Assembly: GCF_031397715.1 (NCBI RefSeq) | Contig: NZ_JANNMI010000199.1 | Span: forward strand, 1-61,611 | Length of the DNA: 61,611 nt | Direction of reading: 5' to 3' | Source: Roseateles sp. | GTDB lineage: Bacteria > Pseudomonadota > Gammaproteobacteria > Burkholderiales > Burkholderiaceae_C | Part shown: in pieces, positions 28,979-39,034 of the stretch | Layout of the letters: each line of letters starts with the position of its first letter | Numbering within the stretch: position 1 is the stretch's first letter | Position numbers and translations under genes: made by a program | The notes under the pieces: generated by a model | Told to the model about the DNA's origin: nothing | The model's database searches: none | Seen by the model: only the letters and a program-made list of their open reading frames with translations

Positions 28979-29842
28979 TCAGCTCGGCTTGTAGGCCAGC
29001 CTGACATAGATGGGCGCGAAGGCCTCGGCCTGGGTAATTTCCAGCAGCCGCTCGCGCGCCAGCTCCAGCATCGCGATGAAGGTCACCACCAGCACCGGCT
29101 GGCCGCGGCTGACATCGAACAGCTGCTGGAACTCCAAAAATCGCTCACCTTGCAGGCGCCGCAGCACGATGCTCATATGCTCGCGCACCGACAGCTGTTC
29201 GCGCGTGATCTTGTGGTGCTGATTGAGCTTGGCCCGGCGCAGGATGTCGGCCCAGGCGTCGCGCAAGTCGTTCGCATCCACGTCCGGAAAACGCGGCAGC
29301 AGCGATGGCTCGGTATGCACTTGGGCGAGCTGAAAATCGCGCCCCGCGACCGGCAAGGCGCCCAGCCGCGCGGCGGCCAACTTGATCTGCTCATATTCCA
29401 GCAGCCGGCGCACCAGCTCGGCGCGGGGATCCTCGGGTTCGGAGCCGTCGTCGGTCTTCTTGGGCGGCAGCAGCATGCGGGATTTGATCTCGATCAGCAT
29501 CGCCGCCATCAGCAAATACTCGCTCGCCAACTCCAGATTGTGTTTGCGCAGCTGGTCCACGTAGCTCAAGTACTGGCGCGTCACATCGGCCAGCGGGATG
29601 TCCAGAATATTGAAATTCTGGCGCCGGATCAGGTAAATCAGCAGGTCCAGCGGGCCTTGAAAGGCTTCGAGAAAAAGCTCCAGCGCGTCCGGCGGGATGT
29701 ACAGATCCAGCGGCATCTGGAACAGCGGTTCACCGTAGAGCCGCGCCACGGCGACCGCGTCCACGGTCTCGGGCAGACCCGGAACGGCCGGCGCCAAGGG
29801 GTCGAGCGCGGGCAGGCTGACGCTGGCGGGAGCGACACTCAT
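28979..29842 (-). CDS. scpA: Segregation and condensation protein A
   Basis: FQGPLDLLIYLIR, EYLLMAAMLIEIKSRMLLP, TFIAMLELAR. Confidence 0.93.
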   Translation of the reverse strand: MSVAPASVSLPALDPLAPAVPGLPETVDAVAVARLYGEPLFQMPLDLYIPPDALELFLEAFQGPLDLLIYLIRRQNFNILDIPLADVTRQYLSYVDQLRKHNLELASEYLLMAAMLIEIKSRMLLPPKKTDDGSEPEDPRAELVRRLLEYEQIKLAAARLGALPVAGRDFQLAQVHTEPSLLPRFPDVDANDLRDAWADILRRAKLNQHHKITREQLSVREHMSIVLRRLQGERFLEFQQLFDVSRGQPVLVVTFIAMLELARERLLEITQAEAFAPIYVRLAYKPS

Positions 29843-29891
29843 GCACGCATTCAATCAAACAGTCAGTTGGTCGGGCGGCCTGAAAAACCAG

Positions 29892-30095
29892 CTACTTGGC
29901 GCTGGTCTGGTAGACGTAGGGCTGCTGGGGCACGCGAGCGGCACTGAACTCGGCTTGTTCGGCACGGTCCACCGGCTTTTCCCACAGCAGTGCTCGGCCG
30001 GCGCGTTGTTCCTGCTCCAGCGTCGGCTTCTTGGCCTTCAATTCATCGATGAAATTGCTGACTTCGGACTTGTAAGGCTTCCAGAACAATGGCAT
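29892..30095 (-). CDS. DUF3460 family small protein
   Basis: YKSEVSNFIDELKAKKP...GRALLW...VPQQPYVY; typical position upstream of scpA. Confidence 0.78.
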   Translation of the reverse strand: MPLFWKPYKSEVSNFIDELKAKKPTLEQEQRAGRALLWEKPVDRAEQAEFSAARVPQQPYVYQTSAK

Positions 30096-30157
30096 GGCGT
30101 TGGGTGTCAAAAGCAAGAAAGGCCTGAGTTTACAGGCGGGTCGGTACGCATCAAGTT

Positions 30158-32212
30158 TCAGCGCACCCGCATGCCGGGTTGCGCACCAGGGAAGGGTTCC
30201 AGCACAAAGATGCCGGGCTTGGCCTTCTCGTCGGCATGTGAGGCCGCCAGCACCATGCCTTCGCTGATGCCGAACTTCATCTTGCGCGGCGCCAGATTCG
30301 CCACCAGCACGGTCAACTTGCCTTCCAGCTGCTCGGGTTTGTAGGCACTCTTGATGCCGCTGAAGACATTCCTCAAGCGGCCTTCGCCGGCGTCCAGGGT
30401 CAGGCGCAAGAGCTTGTCTGAACCCTCGACGACCTCGGCCTTGACGATTTTGGCGATGCGCAGATCGACCTTGGAGAAGTCATCGATCTTGATTTCTGGC
30501 GCCAGTTCCTCGCCGCCGGGGACCACTTTGGGGGCTTCCGGCGCCTCGAACAAAGCGTCCAGCAACTTGGCATCGACGCGCTGCATCAGGTGTTGATAGG
30601 CGCCGATTTGGTGTGGGCCCATCGCACGCGCGGCGTCGGCGAACTGCAAAGGCTCGATGCGCAAGAAGGCCTCGACCTTGGCCGCCAGTTCGGGCAGTAC
30701 CGGCTTCAAGTAAATCGTCAGCAGACGGAAGGCCTCGATGCAGACGCTGCAGACGTCGTGCAGCACGGCGTCCATGCCTTCCTGCTTGGCCAAATCCCAA
30801 GGCTTGTGCTGGTCCACATACTCGTTGACCCGGTCGGCCAGCAACATGATTTCGCGCAGCGCCTTGCCGAACTCGCGCTCCTCGTACAGCTCGGCAATTT
30901 TGTCGGCATGCGCGCGCAGCCCGTCCAGCAGCGTGCGGCCCTCGACGCCCAAGTCGCCGGACAAATGACCGTCAAAACGTTTGGTCAGGAAGCCGGCCGC
31001 GCGGCTGGCGATATTGATGTATTTGCCGACCAGATCGCTGTTGATGCGGGCGCAGAAGTCTTCCGGGTTGAAGTCGATGTCCTCGACCTTGGCGTTCAGC
31101 TTGGCCGCAATGTAGTAGCGCAGCCATTCGGCGTTCAGACCCAGGCCCAGATACTTCAAGGGGTCGAGGCCGGTGCCACGGCTCTTGCTCATCTTCTCGC
31201 CGTTGTTGACGGTCATGAAGCCGTGCACATAGACATGATTGGGCGTTTTGCGGCCGCTGAAGTGCAGCATCGCCGGCCAGAACAAGGTGTGGAAATAGGT
31301 GATGTCCTTACCGATGAAGTGGATCTGCTCCACCGTTTCGTCGGCCATATAGGCATCAAAGGCGTCGGAGTCGGCGCCGGTCTTGGCGAAGTAGTTCTTC
31401 AGCGAGGCCAGATAGCCGATCGGCGCGTCCAGCCAAACGTAGAAATACTTGCCCGGCGCGTCCGGGATCTCGATGCCGAAATAGGGCGCGTCGCGGCTGA
31501 TGTCCCAGTCACCCAGGCCGCCCTTGCCGTCGGCATCTTTGGCAAACCATTCCTTGATCTTGTTAAAGACCTCGGGCTGCAGGCGCCCCGGCGTCTGCGT
31601 CCATTCTTCAAGGAAAGCGACGCAGCGTGGGTCGCTGAGCTTGAAGAAATAATGCTCGGAGCTCTTCATCACCGGCGTGGCACCGGACAGCACCGAGAAC
31701 GGGTTCTTCACCTCGGTCGGCGTGTAGACCGCACCGCAGACCTCGCAGGAGTCGCCGTACTGGTCCTTGGCGCCGCATTTCGGGCATTCGCCCTTGATGA
31801 AGCGGTCGGGCAGGAACATCTGCTTTTCGGGGTCGAAGAACTGCTCGATGGTCTTCACATCGATCAGCTCATTGCGGCGCAGCGCAAGGTAGACGTCGCG
31901 GCTCAGTTCGTGGTTCTCGGGCCCATCGGTCGAGTGCCAGTTGTCGAAGCTGATGTGAAAGCCGTCGATATAGGCCTTGCGGCCGGCGGCGATATTGGCG
32001 ACGAAGGCTTGCGATGTGATGCCGGCCTTTTCGGCCGCGATCATGATGGGTGCGCCATGCGCGTCGTCGGCGCAGACGAAATTCACCTGCTGGCCGCGCA
32101 TGCGCTGGAAGCGCACCCAGATATCGGCCTGCGTCCATTCCATGATGTGGCCAATATGGCAGTTGCCATTGGCGTAGGGCAGGGCGGTCGTGACGAAGAG
32201 CTTACGGGTCAT
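30158..32212 (-). CDS. metG: Methionine--tRNA ligase
   Basis: TALPYANG-x2-HIGH, CPKC/CEVC zinc knuckle, KMSKS, C-terminal tRNA-binding domain. Confidence 0.98.
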   Translation of the reverse strand: MTRKLFVTTALPYANGNCHIGHIMEWTQADIWVRFQRMRGQQVNFVCADDAHGAPIMIAAEKAGITSQAFVANIAAGRKAYIDGFHISFDNWHSTDGPENHELSRDVYLALRRNELIDVKTIEQFFDPEKQMFLPDRFIKGECPKCGAKDQYGDSCEVCGAVYTPTEVKNPFSVLSGATPVMKSSEHYFFKLSDPRCVAFLEEWTQTPGRLQPEVFNKIKEWFAKDADGKGGLGDWDISRDAPYFGIEIPDAPGKYFYVWLDAPIGYLASLKNYFAKTGADSDAFDAYMADETVEQIHFIGKDITYFHTLFWPAMLHFSGRKTPNHVYVHGFMTVNNGEKMSKSRGTGLDPLKYLGLGLNAEWLRYYIAAKLNAKVEDIDFNPEDFCARINSDLVGKYINIASRAAGFLTKRFDGHLSGDLGVEGRTLLDGLRAHADKIAELYEEREFGKALREIMLLADRVNEYVDQHKPWDLAKQEGMDAVLHDVCSVCIEAFRLLTIYLKPVLPELAAKVEAFLRIEPLQFADAARAMGPHQIGAYQHLMQRVDAKLLDALFEAPEAPKVVPGGEELAPEIKIDDFSKVDLRIAKIVKAEVVEGSDKLLRLTLDAGEGRLRNVFSGIKSAYKPEQLEGKLTVLVANLAPRKMKFGISEGMVLAASHADEKAKPGIFVLEPFPGAQPGMRVR

Positions 32213-32376
32213 GGTGTCTTTGCGGGCCTGGCAGCAGATGCCGGCAGCAGTGCCGGGCAGGCCCGCATTTTAGGGCCAGCGCAAGCGGTGCCCTTCGGTC
32301 GCTGCGCTAAAACACCGGACCAAGCCTTTGCGGCCGGGCGTTCAAGGCCTGGCCAAGTCTCGCCGCGGCTTGCCGT

Positions 32377-32574
32377 TCAGGTGGCAGCGGGCGGTGTGTC
32401 CGGGCTGGCAGCGGGTTTGTCGGCGGCGTCGCCTTCAGGACTGTCACCGCCATCGACAGGCTGGCCGTCGCCGTCCACCTTGCCGCCGATCTTGCGCTGG
32501 CGCTTTTCTTCGACCTTGCGCTTCTTGGCCAATTCACGTTGGCGTTTTTCGTATGAGTAGTTGGGTGTGGCCAA
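32377..32574 (-). CDS. Small basic hypothetical protein (65 aa)
   Basis: TTG start after AGGAG; (M)ATPNYSYEKRQRELAKKRKVEEKRQRK. Confidence 0.7.
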   Translation of the reverse strand: MATPNYSYEKRQRELAKKRKVEEKRQRKIGGKVDGDGQPVDGGDSPEGDAADKPAASPDTPPAAT

Positions 32575-32726
32575 TGCCGTGCTCCTGCAAGAGTCCGCGA
32601 GACGCGGATTTGCCGTCACTGTAACCGCTACGGGCACCCGTGCCCTCACAGGGCGCTGCTCGTCAACGCCTTTTGCGGGACTGCGAGTTAGCGGCGAATA
32701 CTCCATTTAAGTTGAGGCATGGTCCT

Positions 32727-33096
32727 TAAGTCTATGATTTTTAAAGCCTTCAAAGGCTATCCACCTTTGCTGTGGATAACTTTGTGGACAAGGGCGGTGG
32801 GGCGGCACCAAGCCCTTGAAACGCGGCGCTTGGGCTTAGCCTGCCTCATTTCGGAGCACCGGCCTGAGTTGTATATAAATCAATGACTTAGCTTGGTGCG
32901 GCGGGGGCGGCGTGCCTGCCTGCAAAATTCAAGCCACGGCCCTTGACCGCGGCTCAAAATGGGGATAAGTCAAGCTTGCACTGGCAGATGTCACGAAAAT
33001 GGGTGACAAACCTCGCACAGGGGCGGCCGATTTTTCCACAGACGCTGTGGATATCCATGTGGGTTGGGCTGGCAAAGCGCGCATAAGTGCTTGATT
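32727..33096. promoter_or_regulatory. Cluster of DnaA boxes and IHF sites (datA/DARS- or oriC-like)
   Basis: TGTGGATAA 32771, TTTTCCACA 33032 (perfect); TGTGGACAA 32783, TGGGGATAA 32960, TGTGGATAT 33046, TGTATATAA 32870, CTATCCACC 32757 (near); IHF WATCAANNNNTTR at 32878-32890 and 33084-33096, near match at 32727-32739. Confidence 0.7.
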
Positions 33097-33221
33097 GCTT
33101 TGGTGCTTTGTTGGCTTGCTTAAATTTGTTGCAAGCGGTTTTTCGGCTCTGGGGCCAACGCCTAGAGGCAGCTTCGTGCACCGCGGCTAAAATCGCGCCC
33201 TTTGCACAACAGCAGCACTCG

Positions 33222-34109
33222 ATGTCTCAGGCACAACAAGATACACAGCAAGGTCGGACGGCATCAAAGATCGCCGATGTATTCGAGTTGAAGAGCGCCT
33301 CTTTGAGCCTGCTCTCCTTGGTTCTGAAGTCGGCGGATTTGCCGGCTTTGGCGGCGGCCCTGCACGAGCGGCTGGGCGATACGCCGCATGTGTTCAACCA
33401 CGAGCCCCTGCTGATCGATTTGACGCAGCTTGCCCGTGCGAGCGCCGCACAGCACCACGGCGACGGCGACGGCGCCGAGCCCGCGCAATTGCGCCTAGAC
33501 GACGAGGCTGAGGGCGAGCAGGCGCTTGACCTCGCCGTTTTGCTGTCGATGTTGCGGCAGTACAACATGCAGCCGGTGGCCGTGCTGGGCGCCAATGCGC
33601 TTGAGTTGGCGCAAGCATTGGCCTTGGGGCTCGCCGAATCGCCTCCGCTCGACCAGCCCCAGGGCAGTCGCCCGGCGCTGGCGGCTGCGGTGCAGATCCA
33701 AGAAGTCATCAAAGAGGTGCAGGTCGAGGTGCAGGTCGAAGTGATTCGCGAGGTGCTGGTGCCGGCCGAGGCCGCCAAGACCATGATCATCGACAAGCCC
33801 TTGCGCTCGGGCCAGCAGGTCTATGCCAAGGGTGGTGATCTGGTGGTGCTGGCCCTGGTCAACCACGGCGCCGAGGTGATCGCCGACGGCAGCATCCATG
33901 TCTACGCGCCGCTGCGCGGCAAGGCGATTGCTGGCGCCAAGGGCAATACCGAGGCACGTATTTTTGCCACCAGCATGGAGGCCGAGCTGATTGCCATCGC
34001 GGGCACCTACCGCACGACCGAGAACCCGCTGCCGGACAGCGTGTTTGGCAAGCCGGCGCAGATCCGCCTGGAAGGTGAAAAATTAATCATGGAGCCGCTC
34101 AAGTTTTGA
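33222..34109 (+). CDS. minC: Septum site-determining protein MinC
   Basis: PLRSGQQVYA, GAEVIADGSIHVYAPLRGKAIAG; upstream of minD. Confidence 0.94.
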   Translation: MSQAQQDTQQGRTASKIADVFELKSASLSLLSLVLKSADLPALAAALHERLGDTPHVFNHEPLLIDLTQLARASAAQHHGDGDGAEPAQLRLDDEAEGEQALDLAVLLSMLRQYNMQPVAVLGANALELAQALALGLAESPPLDQPQGSRPALAAAVQIQEVIKEVQVEVQVEVIREVLVPAEAAKTMIIDKPLRSGQQVYAKGGDLVVLALVNHGAEVIADGSIHVYAPLRGKAIAGAKGNTEARIFATSMEAELIAIAGTYRTTENPLPDSVFGKPAQIRLEGEKLIMEPLKF

Positions 34110-34179
34110 AATGAATGCAATCGCGGCGCCGAATTCTTCGGCTGCTTTAAGAAATATCTATTTTTAGGAAATTGATTCG

Positions 34180-34995
34180 ATGACAAAAATCGTCGTGGTG
34201 ACTTCGGGCAAGGGCGGCGTGGGCAAAACCACCACCAGTGCCAGCTTCGCAACCGGCCTGGCCTTGCGCGGCCACAAAACCTGCGTGATCGACTTTGACG
34301 TCGGCCTGCGCAATCTGGACCTGATCATGGGTTGCGAGCGCCGTGTGGTCTATGACCTGATCAACGTCATCAATGACGAGATCAAGCTCAGCCAGGCGCT
34401 CATCAAGGACAAGCAGTTGGACAAGCTGTTCATCCTGGCCGCCTCGCAGACGCGCGACAAAGATGCGCTGTCGGTCGAGGGCGTGGAGCGGGTGCTGGAG
34501 GAGCTTAAAGCCATGGACTTCGAGTTCATCATCTGCGACTCGCCGGCCGGGATTGAGACCGGCGCCTTGATGGCCATGCATTTCGCCGATGAGGCCATCG
34601 TCGTGACCAACCCCGAGGTCTCGTCGGTGCGTGACTCCGACCGCATCCTGGGCATGCTCAATAGCAAGACCCGCCGCGCCATCGAGGGCAAGGAGCCCAT
34701 CAAGGAGCATCTGCTGATCACCCGCTACAACCCGAGCCGGGTCGAGGGCGGCCATATGCTGTCGCTGGAGGATATTCACGAGATCCTGCGTACGCCGCTG
34801 ATCGGTGTGATCCCGGAGTCCGAGATCGTGCTGCAGGCGTCCAACCAGGGCTCGCCGGCCATCCATATGCAGGGCAGCGATGTGTCCGAGGCCTACAAGG
34901 ACGTGGTGCGCCGCTTCCTGGGCGAGGAGCGTCCAATGCGCTTTATCGAGGCGATCAAGCCGAGCTTGTTCAAGCGCCTGTTCGGCGGCAAGTGA
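34180..34995 (+). CDS. minD: Septum site-determining ATPase MinD
   Basis: [22 protein letters not shown]-terminal amphipathic LFKRLFGG. Confidence 0.98.
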   Translation: MTKIVVVTSGKGGVGKTTTSASFATGLALRGHKTCVIDFDVGLRNLDLIMGCERRVVYDLINVINDEIKLSQALIKDKQLDKLFILAASQTRDKDALSVEGVERVLEELKAMDFEFIICDSPAGIETGALMAMHFADEAIVVTNPEVSSVRDSDRILGMLNSKTRRAIEGKEPIKEHLLITRYNPSRVEGGHMLSLEDIHEILRTPLIGVIPESEIVLQASNQGSPAIHMQGSDVSEAYKDVVRRFLGEERPMRFIEAIKPSLFKRLFGGK

Positions 34996-35005
34996 GGAGG
35001 TTGAG

Positions 35006-35263
35006 ATGGGATTTCTGAAATATTTTCTCGGTGAGAAAAAGACCACCGCCAATGTCGCCAAAGAGCGGCTGCAGCTGATCCTGGCGCATGAGCGCAATGG
35101 CCGCACCGCCAGCCCCGACTACCTGCCGCAGCTGAAGAACGAGCTGCTGCTGGTGATCTCCAAATACATGAAGATCGACCCGGAAGACATCAAGGTCAGC
35201 CTTGAGCATCAGGGTGATCTGGATGTGCTGGAGCTGAAGATCGAGTTGCCGGACGGGCGCTGA
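35006..35263 (+). CDS. minE: Cell division topological specificity factor MinE
   Basis: [17 protein letters not shown]; GAGGAGG RBS. Confidence 0.97.
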   Translation: MGFLKYFLGEKKTTANVAKERLQLILAHERNGRTASPDYLPQLKNELLLVISKYMKIDPEDIKVSLEHQGDLDVLELKIELPDGR

Positions 35264-35266
35264 TCG

Positions 35267-35527
35267 TCAACCGGGCAGACTGCGCGTTTGCCCACGAGAT
35301 TTCTCGCGCAGCATGAACAAGTACAAGCTCTCCACCTTGGCGCGTGCCCAGGGTGTCTTGCGCAGAAACTTCAGGCTGGAGGCGACGCTGGGGTCGATCA
35401 CAAAGGAGCGGATCTCGATCCGCTGGCCCAGCTCCTCCCAGCCGAAATAGTCGACCAGGGCGGTCACGATCGCTTCCAGCGTGAGGCCGTGCAGCGGGTC
35501 TTTGGATTTGCTAGTTTGTTCGGTCAT
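35267..35527 (-). CDS. DUF2132 / VF530-family putative DNA-binding protein
   Basis: DPLHGLTLE...SSLKFLRKTPWARAKVESLY. Confidence 0.85.
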   Translation of the reverse strand: MTEQTSKSKDPLHGLTLEAIVTALVDYFGWEELGQRIEIRSFVIDPSVASSLKFLRKTPWARAKVESLYLFMLREKSRGQTRSLPG

Positions 35528-36114
35528 TGATGGTCGAACTGCTGCCAGTTCTTGCCCTTGAATTGTGCGTAGTAGGCCTTGATGCGGACCATATCGGCGT
35601 CGATGTCGCCGGTCGGCACGAATACCGGCCCCAGGCCGCTGAGCTTGCGCGGGTAGTCCATATAAGCCATCACGATGGGCACCTGTGCGGAGTGGGCGAT
35701 CCAGTAGAAGCCGGTCTTCCAGTAGCGCGTCTTGCTGCGCGTGCCCTCGGGCGGCACGATCAATTGGACCGGGAAGTCGGCAGCCTGCAGCGCCGCGGCC
35801 GAGGCAGCAACCAGATTGCTGGCCTGCTCCCGGTCCACCGAGATACCGCCCAGCCAGCGCATCAGGCCGCCAAAAGGCCAGCTGAAAATCTGGCTCTTGC
35901 CCATCCAGTACGGCGTCAGCCGCAAAGCAAAGGCCACCATCAGGGTGTAGGGGAGATCCCAGTTGCTGGTGTGCGGTGCGGCGATCAAGACAAACTTGGT
36001 CTGACCCGGTGGCAGGCTGCCGTCAATCGTCCAGCCCTTGAGCTTCAGAAAGGCCAGCGAGGCGGCGCGCAGCAGGCTGTTGACGCCGGGCGTGGTGAAA
36101 ATAGTTCGGTGCAT
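35524..36114 (-). CDS. Phospholipid/glycerol acyltransferase (PlsC-like)
   Basis: APHTSNWD (HxxxxD) and PEGTRS motifs. Confidence 0.88.
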   Translation of the reverse strand: MHRTIFTTPGVNSLLRAASLAFLKLKGWTIDGSLPPGQTKFVLIAAPHTSNWDLPYTLMVAFALRLTPYWMGKSQIFSWPFGGLMRWLGGISVDREQASNLVAASAAALQAADFPVQLIVPPEGTRSKTRYWKTGFYWIAHSAQVPIVMAYMDYPRKLSGLGPVFVPTGDIDADMVRIKAYYAQFKGKNWQQFDHQ

Positions 36115-36284
36115 GGGGCGAGCCTGTTGACAAGCGGGCCAGCGAGTCTGACCCATCCCGGATTATCCCGTGCCCGCTGACGGTGCCAGGCCGGCGCTGC
36201 CCACTTTGGAGGCAATTCAATAAAGATTGATTTTTTTCAAGCACTTGGCGCAGGCGTACGCAGGCTGTGGGCGCAGCGCCCCAA

Positions 36285-36572
36285 TCACGGGCGCTGCAAG
36301 AGCAGATCGCTGCGCGCCTGTGCGACGCAAGGCAAGATCCAACCGTCGGCCTTTTCTTCGGCGCTGAGGCCCGGCCATTCGATCAAATAGCTTATTTCGC
36401 CCTGCAGCAATTTGCAGCGGCAAGCCCGGCAAGTGCCGTTGCGGCAAGAACTGAGCAGGCCGCCATTGCCTGCCAATGAAGCGCGCAGCAGGGTCAGCTC
36501 TGGCGTGGCCCAGAAGCGGGTCGACTCGCCCGCCAGCGTGATTTGAAAACGTTTCGCCATGGCGGGCATCAT
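36285..36572 (-). CDS. 2Fe-2S ferredoxin-like protein
   Basis: CRNGTCRAC...WILPC. Confidence 0.85.
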   Translation of the reverse strand: MMPAMAKRFQITLAGESTRFWATPELTLLRASLAGNGGLLSSCRNGTCRACRCKLLQGEISYLIEWPGLSAEEKADGWILPCVAQARSDLLLQRP

Positions 36573-36644
36573 CTCAGAACCGTCGGGCCAAGCCTGCAGG
36601 CGCTATGCTCTCGGCCCTTGCAGACTCCACAAGAGCTCGATTCC

Positions 36645-38531
36645 ATGCAGCCATCCGCACGCGCCTTCTTTGATCAACTGAACCTTGCCTACAACGCGGT
36701 CCACAAGACCAAAGAGGATCTGTTCTGGGCCACCTATATGGCGACCAGCGACGACCAGGCCGGCTTTGCCGAGGCCGAGGGCGCCTACAAGGACTTCATC
36801 TCCGACCCGGCCAAGCTGAGCGCCACGCGCGCGCACATAGCCGCCTTGCAGGCCTTGCCGGCGGCCGAACAAGACGTAGCAGTTCTTCATGGTCTGAAGG
36901 GCTGGCTGGCGCTGTTCGAGGCCAATATCATCGACAACGACGCCGCCCGCGCCCTGATGGGCGAGATCATTCAGGCCGAGGCGGCGCTATTCGCTGCCAA
37001 GCGCGAGCTGCAGCCTACCCATATCAGCCAACGTGGTGAGCCAGAAGTTGCCTCGCTGTCGATGCTGGCCATCAATCTGGCCACCAATCCGGTCGAGGTC
37101 AGGCGCCGCAGCTCGTTTGCGGCCTTTCAAGAGATCGAGCATTGGGTTTTGGCGAATGGCTTTTTGGAGCTGGTCAAGTTGCGCAACCGCTTCGCGCGCG
37201 CGCTCGGCTTCGACAACTATTTCGAGCTGAAGCTGCGCAAGAACGAGCGCATGACGCCGGCGCAGCTGACCGCCATCCTGGACGACTTCATAGCCCGCAC
37301 CGACGGCGCGCATGCGCGCACGCTGAGCCGTTTGCAAATCAGCCACGGCGCCGAAGCACTGGCGCCCTGGAATCTGCGTTTCTATTCCAGCGGCGATGTG
37401 GTGCGCCGACTCGACGAATACATGCCGTTCGGGCCGGCCTTGCGGCGCTGGATCGAGTCGTTCCGCCGCCTGGGCATTCAGTACCGCGGCGCCACCCTGC
37501 AGCTGGACCTGCTGGAGCGCAAGGGCAAGTACCAGAACGGCTTTTGCCACGGCCCCATCCCCAGCTATGTGAATGCGCAAGGGGCATGGGTGCCGGGCCA
37601 GATCAACTTCACTGCCGAGGCCAAGCCCGACCAGCTGGGCAGCGGTCTGCGCGCGATCAACACCTTGTTCCACGAGGGCGGCCACGCCGCGCATTTCGCC
37701 AATGTGACTCAGAACTCGCCCTGCTTTTCGCAGGAGTTCGCGCCGACCTCGATGGCCTATGCCGAGACGCAGTCAATGTTCTGCGACAGCCTGCTCGGCG
37801 ACGCCGATTGGCTCAAACGTTATGCCAAAAACGCAGCCGGCGAGACCATCCCCGATCAGCTGATCCACGACCGCATCGCCAGCAGCCAGCCGATGCGCGC
37901 CTTTGACGAGCGCGCTATCGCCGTCGTGCCCTACTTCGAGGCGGCGCTGTATCAGCTGAGCGACGAGCAGCTGAGCGCCGAGGCGGTGTTGGCGCTGGCG
38001 CGGGCAACCGAGCTGCGGGTTCTGGGCGTGGCCAGCCCGCGGCCGATGCTGGCGATCCCGCATTTGCTGAACCAGGAGTCGGCGGCCAGCTATCAGGGCT
38101 ATTTGCTCGCTCATATGGCGGTCTATCAAACCCGTGCTTTTTTCTTGCGCGAGCACGGGTTTTTGACCGATAACGTGGCCATCGGCCCACTGCTGGCCGA
38201 GCATTACTGGCAGCCGGGCAATAGCATCGACCATGATGCGACGCTGCGCAGCCTGACCGGCGAGGGTTTTTCGGCCCGCTATCTGGCCGAGGCCTGCAAT
38301 CAGTCGGTCGATTCTTGCTGGGCCGAGGCGCAAGCCAGCCTGGCGGCCGCTGCAAGCAGAAGTTATGAGCAAGAGGGGCCGGCGGCGCTGGACGCGCAGA
38401 TCCGCATCGTTCACGGCGCCGAGCTGCTGGCCGACAGCAGCGCCGGCGAAGACGCGATGTGCGCGCGCTTCGAGGCCTGGGTCAGCGAGCATTACCCCGA
38501 ATCCCCGTCAGCGGCGGCGCAGCCTCAGTGA
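36645..38531 (+). CDS. M3-family zinc metallopeptidase
   Basis: TLFHEGGHAAH (HExxH) with downstream AETQSMF; RKGKYQNGFC. Confidence 0.82.
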   Translation: MQPSARAFFDQLNLAYNAVHKTKEDLFWATYMATSDDQAGFAEAEGAYKDFISDPAKLSATRAHIAALQALPAAEQDVAVLHGLKGWLALFEANIIDNDAARALMGEIIQAEAALFAAKRELQPTHISQRGEPEVASLSMLAINLATNPVEVRRRSSFAAFQEIEHWVLANGFLELVKLRNRFARALGFDNYFELKLRKNERMTPAQLTAILDDFIARTDGAHARTLSRLQISHGAEALAPWNLRFYSSGDVVRRLDEYMPFGPALRRWIESFRRLGIQYRGATLQLDLLERKGKYQNGFCHGPIPSYVNAQGAWVPGQINFTAEAKPDQLGSGLRAINTLFHEGGHAAHFANVTQNSPCFSQEFAPTSMAYAETQSMFCDSLLGDADWLKRYAKNAAGETIPDQLIHDRIASSQPMRAFDERAIAVVPYFEAALYQLSDEQLSAEAVLALARATELRVLGVASPRPMLAIPHLLNQESAASYQGYLLAHMAVYQTRAFFLREHGFLTDNVAIGPLLAEHYWQPGNSIDHDATLRSLTGEGFSARYLAEACNQSVDSCWAEAQASLAAAASRSYEQEGPAALDAQIRIVHGAELLADSSAGEDAMCARFEAWVSEHYPESPSAAAQPQ

Positions 38532-39034
38532 CGCAGCTGAAGTACTTAGGCGGTTACCCGGCCGAGACGCTGCAACAGGTGCAGGCCTTGATCGACGCCG
38601 GGCGGCTCGGTGAGCTGCTGGCCAAGCGCTACCCGCTGGGCCACGCCGTGCGCAGCGACAAGGCCTTGTTCGACTACACGCAGGACTTGAAGCTGCGCTT
38701 TTTGCGCAATGCCGAGCCGCTCTCCAAGGTCTGTTTTGATGGCAAGCTGAAGGTCATCCAGCACGCTTTAGGCACGCATACGCGGGCCTCGCGCGTGCAG
38801 GGCAGCAAACTCAAGACCAAGCGCGAGATCCGCATCGCTGGCCTGTTCAAGGAGGCGCCGGCCGAGTTCCTGAAAATGATCGTCGTGCACGAGCTGGCGC
38901 ATCTGAAGGAGCTGGATCACAACAAGGCCTTTTATCAGCTCTGTCAGCATATGGAGCCCAGCTACGGGCAGCTGGAGTTTGATCTGCGCTTGTATTTGAC
39001 CCAGCAAGATTTGTTGGCCGAGGTGGCGGCGTGA
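38528..39034 (+). CDS. YgjP/DUF45-like metal-dependent hydrolase
   Basis: LKYLGGYP, MIVVHELAHLKELDHNKAFY; GTGA overlap with upstream stop. Confidence 0.85.
   Translation: MTQLKYLGGYPAETLQQVQALIDAGRLGELLAKRYPLGHAVRSDKALFDYTQDLKLRFLRNAEPLSKVCFDGKLKVIQHALGTHTRASRVQGSKLKTKREIRIAGLFKEAPAEFLKMIVVHELAHLKELDHNKAFYQLCQHMEPSYGQLEFDLRLYLTQQDLLAEVAA

Noticed and set aside
30590-32560. Long antisense ORFs such as 656 aa opposite metG, 515 aa opposite the PAS kinase and 474 aa opposite dbpA
   Set aside because: Shadow ORFs of high-GC codon bias, fully overlapping well-supported genes and lacking motifs
33713-33742. 12-bp tandem repeat in minC (EVQVEVQVEV)
   Set aside because: In-frame low-complexity linker expansion with no sign of phase variation
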